Positions 56,752 to 64,000 of a DNA stretch of 64,000 nt are shown piece by piece (the stretch's first letter is position 1; every line of letters starts with the position of its first letter). The notes below the pieces were generated by a model that was given only the letters and a program-made list of their open reading frames with translations, had not been told where the DNA came from and did no database searches. Both the position numbers and the translations under genes were made by a program. The stretch comes from Candidatus Altiarchaeales archaeon. Its GTDB lineage: Archaea > Altiarchaeota > Altiarchaeia > IMC4 > SCGC-AAA252-I15. The stretch lies in assembly GCA_014727915.1 (NCBI GenBank), contig WJMO01000006.1, positions 256,001 through 320,000 on the forward strand, given 5' to 3'.

Positions 56752-58963
56752 GTTCCCTGTTCTTCCCAAGGTGGGCGTAGGCTATCACCGACACGGCCGA
56801 CAGGGTCAGTAGTATGCCGATCCAGTCCACCGGCGTCTTACCGTAGACGATCCTCACATGCTTTTGCGTCGGGTACACGAGCATGAAGGAAGGTGAGACC
56901 AGGTATATCTCGTCGGCGCCTTCCGGCTTCCAGCTCGGGTAGTAGGATATGCTTATTATGTGGGGTGCCCCCACGCAGTCCGTTGTGAACTCTATGACGT
57001 CCGATTGGACTATCTCCCGGACGTTGCACTCCCTGTTCAAAGGCGTCTTGGGCAGGCTATCGAGGTCTGCCATGGAAGGGTCTCGTATGACGTCTTGGAA
57101 AAGGCGCATATCGTCGGTGTCGGCGGACTTCTTGAAGGCTATTGGACTGTCTATCAGGTCCATGTTCCGGAACCACTGGTAGCTGATGTTCTTCCAGTCG
57201 CCGGTCTCGTATAGTACAGGCATGTATTCGGGAACTGTGACATACTGGTTGGGGTTGGTGGTGAGCTCCCACACCTCGAAGGGCTCGTCCCTGAAGGCCA
57301 TCCTCCACTCGGGGTGGAGCACCAACGCCTCCTTCAGCTTCTCGCTCCTGGCGACGAGGTACTGGGTGTTGAACATCTTCAGGTGTTCGGTGCCGTCCTC
57401 CAGGTTGAAGCTCGTGCACGGATAGACCGCCCAGAAGGGGCAGGACTGCTGCTCGCTCACCTCAGACTGTATGTAGAAGGTGAAAGGCGAGGTTATTATG
57501 GACTGCATGTACAGGCCTTCGAGTATGCTCCTGCCAGCGAACAATGGTATGCTCTCGAATGCGCGGACCGTGCCTGCGGCGTTGTGCTTGTCGTTGTGCT
57601 CGAACTTGGCGCGTGGGCTGCTGACATCGCCCCCCATGAAGTCGTTGGTGGACTTGAACTGCTTCCAGATGCTCTTCTTCTCGAAGCCCTCATAGTTCCA
57701 CTCCACCCAGTAGGGTGTGTACCCGCCGTATTTCCACGTCTTCATCTGTTCCATGAACTTCCCGGGGTGGAATTCTATCTTGTCGTCCTGCGAGGTTATC
57801 AGGACCTTGTTGCTGTTCACCCAGAAGACGGTGAGCAACACGACGATAAGCGGGAGTATCCATTTGCCCTTGAGGGGGCGGATGAACTGTGAGAGGCCAT
57901 ATGCCGCGAGCACCATGAGGGTCAGGTAGGTGAAGGGCAGGAACCTTATGTCTACCACGCCTATCTTGGGGGCGAGGACGAAGAACACCAGAGAGGTCAC
58001 GATGGAGTATGTCAGGAAGACCACGCGGGAATCCCGGCGGTATGCGCACATGAAAAGGCCGAAGCCGGAGAAGAACAGGAAAGGCCATAGGATGGGAGGG
58101 AGGACCTCCTCTGTTATGTTCCAGGGTATGTCGTATGATGTCGTGTATTTGAGCCTGAGTATGAGGGGTATTATCCAGAAGCCGGTGAGCATGAACGCCA
58201 GGGGAAAGGACTTTCCCATGTACTTGACACGCTCCAAAAGCCTCTTGGGGTTGCGGTCGTAAGATAGTATTAAGGAGGACAAAACCGCCCATAGCACGGT
58301 GTATACGTGGGTCAAGGCCACCAGTGCCAGGATGAACGCGTTGGCGAGCATGTGCTTGTTCCGCTGTATCCCATAATAGAGCACGCCGAAGAAGAGCATG
58401 GTGAGGGAGAGGCTTATGCTGTAGGAGAATTCCCCGGCCAGTGTGCTGGGTATGTTTCCACCCCACATGCTGTGGGACTCCTGGAACAGGAAAGGGAGGG
58501 TGAATATGGCGCCGAAGACGGGGGTGGGGAACTTGAAGCGCATCAGCTTCAAACTGGCGAATACCGTCAGAGGCAGTGAGAATATGCCTAGCACCGTAAC
58601 CAGCTTGAAGGATATCTGCAGGGGTATTATGTAGCCGAGCAGGGCTATCATCACGAAGGGCAGAGTGAAGTAGAACTGGAACAATGGCATGCCACCATAC
58701 CATCCCGGAAGCCAGCCTATAACGTGGCCCTTTGGTATGAGCTCTTCCTTGAGGAACTTGGCGGGATAGTAGTGTGATGCTGTGTCCCCGCCGGCTGTTA
58801 TGGTCTTCGCTAGCATAACGTCCGGTGTGAAGACCGAGACGAGGAAGCCATATATGACTATGAAGGCTATGATGTTCACTGCGAGCTCGAGGGTGAGGTT
58901 GAGCGTGCGTTTCCCCATCTGCAGTTCAACTCCCTTAGGCTTTCTCTTTGTTTTCTTCTTCAT
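56729..58963 (-). CDS. 6-pyruvoyl-tetrahydropterin-synthase-related membrane protein (GT-C-like)
   Basis: GGDTASH, GW..GWYGGMPLFQFY, GGNIPSTLAGEFSY, WNYEGFE.K, EGLYMQS, ISYYPSW. Confidence 0.82.
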   Translation of the reverse strand: MKKKTKRKPKGVELQMGKRTLNLTLELAVNIIAFIVIYGFLVSVFTPDVMLAKTITAGGDTASHYYPAKFLKEELIPKGHVIGWLPGWYGGMPLFQFYFTLPFVMIALLGYIIPLQISFKLVTVLGIFSLPLTVFASLKLMRFKFPTPVFGAIFTLPFLFQESHSMWGGNIPSTLAGEFSYSISLSLTMLFFGVLYYGIQRNKHMLANAFILALVALTHVYTVLWAVLSSLILSYDRNPKRLLERVKYMGKSFPLAFMLTGFWIIPLILRLKYTTSYDIPWNITEEVLPPILWPFLFFSGFGLFMCAYRRDSRVVFLTYSIVTSLVFFVLAPKIGVVDIRFLPFTYLTLMVLAAYGLSQFIRPLKGKWILPLIVVLLTVFWVNSNKVLITSQDDKIEFHPGKFMEQMKTWKYGGYTPYWVEWNYEGFEKKSIWKQFKSTNDFMGGDVSSPRAKFEHNDKHNAAGTVRAFESIPLFAGRSILEGLYMQSIITSPFTFYIQSEVSEQQSCPFWAVYPCTSFNLEDGTEHLKMFNTQYLVARSEKLKEALVLHPEWRMAFRDEPFEVWELTTNPNQYVTVPEYMPVLYETGDWKNISYQWFRNMDLIDSPIAFKKSADTDDMRLFQDVIRDPSMADLDSLPKTPLNRECNVREIVQSDVIEFTTDCVGAPHIISISYYPSWKPEGADEIYLVSPSFMLVYPTQKHVRIVYGKTPVDWIGILLTLSAVSVIAYAHLGKNRELKRFFAL

Positions 58964-59772
58964 TTTTTCACTTGCATGTACAGGAACATGCCCACTAGCA
59001 ATATGAGAGCGGCCATCGGCAGGTATTCTATGGTCTCCTCCTCTTCCTCCTCGACTACCTTGACCATCCCCCCTGAGAGTATGCTGTAGTGAAGGCCGGC
59101 CTCTTCGTATTCCAGGGATGCGAACACCACATAGGTGGAGCCTGGGAGGGCGCCAAATGCCTTTATTGGTATGGAAACGCTCCCAGTGCCCTGCGCATCT
59201 AGCGATATCTCTGTCTCATACTGGTCCGCGACTATCTCGTCCGGGAGATAGAGCCTGACGGAGACAGTTTGTGGCTTGGCGTCCAGGTTGGTCACCTCCA
59301 ATACAAGGTCCCGTTTCTTTTCGGGAGGAAGGCTCACCTCTTTTACGAGCCCCCGCACCTTCGTGGGTGCGGGCTGCTTGTAGTGCACCACGAACGGGTA
59401 GACCGTGGTGAAGGGGTATGCGTTGGCGTCAGCATAGTGTGTTTTGACAACTATAGGGTAGGTTCCAGGTATGTTTGATTCGTCTATTGATATGGAGAAT
59501 GCCTGGGTGCTGGGTGTGTTAGGCTGCAGTAGGCCTATGAACACTGGCTGGGCCTGAAATCCGTCGGGTAGAAGAAGGGATGCTTGGACATCGTATGCTG
59601 GCTCGTCGCCCAGGTTGGTGAACGTGGCCTTAAGGTCCTGGGAACCGGCTGAAATGACCGATATGGGCTCCACTGCCACATCTATCCGAATGTAAGCAGC
59701 CGATGAAAACCCGGCTAATAGCAGCATAAAAAACGCCGTGATAGTAAGTTTCCTCCTGCCCACACCAACCAC
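58960..59772 (-). CDS. Cell-surface Ig-like (COG1361/S-layer-like) protein with a C-terminal TM anchor
   Basis: Signal peptide; TNLGDEPAYDV, PGTYPI..HYADANAYPF; C-terminal hydrophobic segment plus KK. Start codon uncertain. Confidence 0.7.
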   Translation of the reverse strand: MVGVGRRKLTITAFFMLLLAGFSSAAYIRIDVAVEPISVISAGSQDLKATFTNLGDEPAYDVQASLLLPDGFQAQPVFIGLLQPNTPSTQAFSISIDESNIPGTYPIVVKTHYADANAYPFTTVYPFVVHYKQPAPTKVRGLVKEVSLPPEKKRDLVLEVTNLDAKPQTVSVRLYLPDEIVADQYETEISLDAQGTGSVSIPIKAFGALPGSTYVVFASLEYEEAGLHYSILSGGMVKVVEEEEEETIEYLPMAALILLVGMFLYMQVKK

Positions 59773-59819
59773 TTGCTTTTAATTAAAAACTAGTATTATT
59801 AAGTAATTTCTATTAAAAG

Positions 59820-61673
59820 ATGAGATACTACTCGAAAGCATGTTCTAGAGGCCTTCTTGGTGGTGGAATCGAGAACATGGTATTGTTAGCGTTGATTCTC
59901 GTGGCCAGCTGGGTCATACTCGGCGTAGTCCTGCCTAGGCTCGGGATACTCGAACCCCCCACATCTGAAAGGGGTTATGTGGGCTTCAGCGGGATCATAC
60001 CGGAACATGAGAGGCTGGGATGGCTGATAGACAACGAGAACGACAGGGGATTCTTCGTCTTCAGGAACATAGGCGACTCGACCGCAACCATAAGGCCTGG
60101 ATCGGTTGAGGTGACGATCGGGCAGTTGAAATGCGATCCCGCGCCCGCGGACGAGCCATTGTATGTGAAGCCGGGCGACAAGGCGTTGGTGGAGGTCAGA
60201 TGTCCGGAACTCAATGAGAGGTTCTCGAGGATAGGCCAGTACTACGAGGCCTATGTTAACATCGTATACGAGACGCCCGCGGGCATAAGGCACAACAGCA
60301 GCGGGATACTATATGGCCACATCGAGAGGACTGACCCGCGGTTTGAGCCTCCAAATCCCAGTATTACGGGCACAACGCAGCCGAGAATTCCCCAATGTTT
60401 CTACCATGAATGCAACGTTTCAGGCGGCATGGACTACTGGAACTGCGGGGACTTACTATCCCAGTTCGAATGCCTCTACTGCCCGCAAGAGCCGGACCCA
60501 GTGGATGGGAAGCATAAGTGCTGGTACACTGGGACTTGTGGTATGGAGTGCAACTCGGACAAGGAGTGCGACCAGTTCACGACAGACCCCTATCTGCTAC
60601 AGCTGAACAAATGCACGAAATGCAGTGAAGACCCGAACAGCCCAATAGACGATCCTAGGTTCATATGCCAGGAGGTCCCGGGAGTCATTACCTGCGGGCC
60701 ATGCCCACCATACGACGCAGGCTCGCTCGACAGCGCATGGTGCGACTACGAGGGATGCCGATACTGCTACTATGAATGGGTCCAGTTAAGCGAGCTGCCA
60801 GACGATGGGGTGATGAGATACAGGTGTGTTGAACAGGGTAACTGCGGAGATTCATGCATAGACTATGGTTTTGACGTATACCAGGAATGCCAGGAGAGAT
60901 GCGTTTTCTGCGAGCCGAACGAGGAGACCCCGGACCCTACAGACGGGACATGCGACCAGGGAAGCTGCGGGGAGCACTGTGGCCTGACCGGGTTGGACGA
61001 GTGCGATGAGGGTTGCATGTGGTGCAACAACACCGGGCCTAACCCCAGCTACACGTGCGAGATGGGAGACTGCGGGAAAGATTGCGACCCAACTAACCCC
61101 ATAGACGAGTGCCAGTTGGGGTGCGACATATGCTATGGGCCCAATCTCTTCGGGGAGTACAAGTGCGTTAAGATGGACATCGCTGCGGCGATAAACGCCA
61201 ACAACGGCACCGCATTTGGCAACGTGGTTAGGCCTAATGACCCCATATACGTCGACTTGGAGGGCGAGTGCGAGGATGGGATTGACAAGCTGCTTGTGAG
61301 CAATAGCATAAGCAACGACCCTGCCACTGAGCCGCCCATAGACTGCCAGGCGATAGCGGATCAGATAAACAGCGACCTGGGGGAGATAGACGACCCGCTG
61401 AGCACGGAAGTGAAGGACTACCTGCAGAACACGTGGGGCATAACGTGGATGTCCGCGCCACACCAGTGCGGAGGCGTAAGGATATGCAAGCACAGGTGGG
61501 AGACTTCGGAGGCTGACATAAACAGGTACTGCTACTTTGGGATAGCCCAGAAGTTCAGCTCTTCCGGGGATGGCAGATGGAGTCGGATAGTCGGCGACGA
61601 CATCATCGTGGGTTACATAGATGTCTACCTGGCATACCCAAAGGCGGAAGGTTACGTCCAGCCGCAGTTTTGA
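59820..61673 (+). CDS. Pilin-like N-terminal domain fused to Cys-rich repeats
   Basis: SRG followed by a hydrophobic helix, LGI..P..GF..I.P, IVY....H...G...G pilin-like domain, then about five CxxC..C..G.CG..C..EC repeats. Confidence 0.78.
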   Translation: MRYYSKACSRGLLGGGIENMVLLALILVASWVILGVVLPRLGILEPPTSERGYVGFSGIIPEHERLGWLIDNENDRGFFVFRNIGDSTATIRPGSVEVTIGQLKCDPAPADEPLYVKPGDKALVEVRCPELNERFSRIGQYYEAYVNIVYETPAGIRHNSSGILYGHIERTDPRFEPPNPSITGTTQPRIPQCFYHECNVSGGMDYWNCGDLLSQFECLYCPQEPDPVDGKHKCWYTGTCGMECNSDKECDQFTTDPYLLQLNKCTKCSEDPNSPIDDPRFICQEVPGVITCGPCPPYDAGSLDSAWCDYEGCRYCYYEWVQLSELPDDGVMRYRCVEQGNCGDSCIDYGFDVYQECQERCVFCEPNEETPDPTDGTCDQGSCGEHCGLTGLDECDEGCMWCNNTGPNPSYTCEMGDCGKDCDPTNPIDECQLGCDICYGPNLFGEYKCVKMDIAAAINANNGTAFGNVVRPNDPIYVDLEGECEDGIDKLLVSNSISNDPATEPPIDCQAIADQINSDLGEIDDPLSTEVKDYLQNTWGITWMSAPHQCGGVRICKHRWETSEADINRYCYFGIAQKFSSSGDGRWSRIVGDDIIVGYIDVYLAYPKAEGYVQPQF

Positions 61674-61686
61674 ACATGGTCTGAAG

Positions 61687-64000
61687 ATGCGAAGAGGATA
61701 CCTGGTAACATTGGACGCTATAATTTCTCTTAGTTTCATCCTCTTTCTCATGCTGGGTTTCATTGGGATACAGTACTTCGAATACGTTGGCAGGGGAGGG
61801 TCTTCGTTCGAGCATCTCCACTCCGTCGCGGAGAACGCAATAGACACCGTTAACAAGAAGGGAGTCCTGGAGGAGATTGGGAGGCAGTGGGCGTTGGGGA
61901 ACATGTCCTACGCCGGCAACCTTACAGAAGAGCATTTCGGTTCTCTGATACCAGGGCATGTGGGTTACAGGCTGGAGGCTGTGGACTCCAACGGGGTTCA
62001 TGTCATCTATGCGTCAGGCCCTGAACGGCCTGGGGAGGACAGATCCGAGGACGTTACAAGGGCTGTCAGGCTCCTATCGGGTTACAAGGAGGGCAGCCCC
62101 AGAGCTGGTTGGGCTGCCAGGGCATGGCTGGTAGAGAACATGAGCTGGATTACCAATCTTGTGTCGAACGAGAGCGTATGCTGTGAGGCGTGGGAGGAGG
62201 TGATGCTGGAATACAGCCCGGGGGACGAGCAGAACAACGCCTTTTTCATCATGATACCGGGAGACAGGAGCCTCTCAGGGGCTGAGTTGAACGTTAGCTG
62301 GGTCTATGGCAGCACGAGCACCACAACTTCGTCGACGACCACGAGCTCATCTACAACTTCGACCACCCTAGGAGGCTGCCATGAGTGCCCGGGTACGGAA
62401 TGCCCGATACCAGGGTGGTACGGGACTTCGGGAGACGACTACAACTATCACCAGTTCACAACGGACAGGGAATGCGACCTTGAGGTCATTATCTACACCG
62501 GACTGGCAAACAACCAGTTCGGAACCAACCTCTACGACCTCTATGCGAACTGGGAGGAGAACATGGCTGCCCCCGGCTGCGGCGGCCCCTGCAGTGGGGA
62601 CGGGGTATTCTACCCCGACTGCCTGTGCAAGTGCGCTCATCCCATGAGCGACCCCCAGCTTTGGCCGTGGGAGTGCAACACGCTCATAGACGGGGGGCTT
62701 GACACTTACAGGTCATGCATCGTCCCTGAGCTGCCTGCTGGAACATACCAGCTGATGGTGGACTGCTGGAGCCCAGGGGATATAGTCAACCTCTGCCCGG
62801 GTGACTATTACATCTACATCCAGTCTACCACGCCGGGTTGCCCGAACTATCAGCCTCCGGGGACCAGCACAACGGTCACGACCACGAGCACGACGGACAC
62901 GACCACCACCTCGACCACGATTCCGCTGCTGGCCAACGGGGAGAGGTGCACGGAGCATGGGGAATGCCAGTCAGGGAACTGCGCAGTGGACTATGACATG
63001 CCCCCGGGCGACGACTGCAGCACGTCCGAGGACTGCTGGTGCGCGCCGGCCGGCAACTGCGCCCACAGCGACGTGGCAACCTGCGACCAGTCATGCTATG
63101 AGGACTATTACTTCGACATGAAGGCTCCGGTATGTCGCTCGGACACGGGGGTGTGGAGGTGCGTCGGAGCAAGGTGGACGGAGGACTTCTGCCCGGTCTG
63201 CGGGTCGAGCGGTAATCCGATAGACATACCGTGCATCGGGATGTGGGAGTGCCAGGCTGGAAGCCCGTATGCAACGTGCGACGCGGGTTGCACGAAGGAC
63301 GGGGACGTCTGCGACTACTGCGGCGGAGGAACCAGCCAGCCCGACTCTGACTCATGGTTCAATGCGGTATGCTTCGAGGGATCGTGCAGGTGCGACATGG
63401 ATGGTGTCCTGCCGGTGGACGAGAACTGCGCGGGCGCAAGGTACGACTGCGACCTGTGCACCTCGTGCTACATACAGAATATGGGCTTCGATTGCCTGTT
63501 GGCTGGTGGGGATATGTGCTGTGACCCGAGGATGGGGCGGAACGACTACCGCGACGAGGTTCAGGACATCATCGGGCCCAACACGTGCACGGCGGACTTC
63601 TGTGACGGGGCGGGCAACTGTGTGATGGAGCCGCAGGTTGGCTGCAGCAGCAGGCCGAAGAAGATATACTACGAGTACCGTGGTTGGGATAGCTGTCCAC
63701 CTTCACAGTGGGACTATGACTGCATGGACGATGGCACACCGGACGGTAACAATACGAGGCTGAGCCACAGGCGATACACGCCGGGGTTGACATATGCAAG
63801 TACCTACGGGACCCACGAGGGCGGGGGATGGTACTGCTACCCGGAGGAGGTTTGGAGCTACACCAAGGGAGACGATGATGACGTGTCCATCGGGAAGTAT
63901 GAGGCGGGCTGTAATCCGTTCCAGACGAGCCAGTACGTCAAGCACGGGGAGTCGGTGAGGTTCAGCATGGACATCGAATCTGGTGTTACGGACATTAGGT
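61687..64000 (+). CDS. Minor pilin/adhesin fusion, Cys-rich, 3'-truncated by the window (absent from the ORF track)
   Basis: ATG 61687 gives MRRG|YLVTLDAIISLSFILFLMLG. I translated the frame to the window end (771 codons) without finding a stop; it has two Thr/Ser linkers and Cys-rich modules. Confidence 0.85.
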   Translation, partial: MRRGYLVTLDAIISLSFILFLMLGFIGIQYFEYVGRGGSSFEHLHSVAENAIDTVNKKGVLEEIGRQWALGNMSYAGNLTEEHFGSLIPGHVGYRLEAVDSNGVHVIYASGPERPGEDRSEDVTRAVRLLSGYKEGSPRAGWAARAWLVENMSWITNLVSNESVCCEAWEEVMLEYSPGDEQNNAFFIMIPGDRSLSGAELNVSWVYGSTSTTTSSTTTSSSTTSTTLGGCHECPGTECPIPGWYGTSGDDYNYHQFTTDRECDLEVIIYTGLANNQFGTNLYDLYANWEENMAAPGCGGPCSGDGVFYPDCLCKCAHPMSDPQLWPWECNTLIDGGLDTYRSCIVPELPAGTYQLMVDCWSPGDIVNLCPGDYYIYIQSTTPGCPNYQPPGTSTTVTTTSTTDTTTTSTTIPLLANGERCTEHGECQSGNCAVDYDMPPGDDCSTSEDCWCAPAGNCAHSDVATCDQSCYEDYYFDMKAPVCRSDTGVWRCVGARWTEDFCPVCGSSGNPIDIPCIGMWECQAGSPYATCDAGCTKDGDVCDYCGGGTSQPDSDSWFNAVCFEGSCRCDMDGVLPVDENCAGARYDCDLCTSCYIQNMGFDCLLAGGDMCCDPRMGRNDYRDEVQDIIGPNTCTADFCDGAGNCVMEPQVGCSSRPKKIYYEYRGWDSCPPSQWDYDCMDDGTPDGNNTRLSHRRYTPGLTYASTYGTHEGGGWYCYPEEVWSYTKGDDDDVSIGKYEAGCNPFQTSQYVKHGESVRFSMDIESGVTDIR

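Noticed and set aside
59820-64000. Multiheme cytochrome interpretation of the CxxC-rich proteins
   Set aside because: I found no CxxCH motifs; the pattern fits disulfide-rich extracellular modules.
1-64000. tRNA, rRNA or other structured RNA genes
   Set aside because: Intergenic gaps are short (mostly under 120 bp) and AT-rich, and I saw no cloverleaf or rRNA signature; a covariance-model search would be needed to exclude small RNAs.

Overview
Gene-dense archaeal chromosomal DNA. Evidence for archaeal origin: TATA-box promoters, archaeal-type TpiA, ArlH/I/J, KaiC-family ATPases and class III signal peptides. Thr-rich linkers, Cys-repeat proteins, the pilin types and the biosynthetic genes purF and argJ suggest a DPANN lineage such as Altiarchaeota (inference). 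The window is dominated by cell-surface biology. (i) An archaellum-motor operon (TM/Cys-repeat protein, ArlC-like, arlH, arlI, arlJ) with no archaellin or ArlF/G in view, transcribed divergently from a five-gene type IV pilin cassette. (ii) A second Tad-like ATPase/TadC/TadC machine interleaved with two KaiC-like ATPases and a CheF-like protein. (iii) A second, paralogous pilin cassette followed by a 3005-aa Cys-rich multidomain adhesin, and two more pilin-adhesin fusions at the right end, one of them missing from the ORF track. (iv) An AglB/STT3-like protein and a ~16 kb island of GT-C/GT2 glycosyltransferases with asnB and a methyltransferase. Housekeeping genes (tpiA, purF, argJ, rhomboid, nitroreductase, glutaredoxin, ferredoxin) lie in the middle. 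I found no rRNA, tRNA, CRISPR array or mobile element. All family assignments come from motif recognition by eye, not from database searches.
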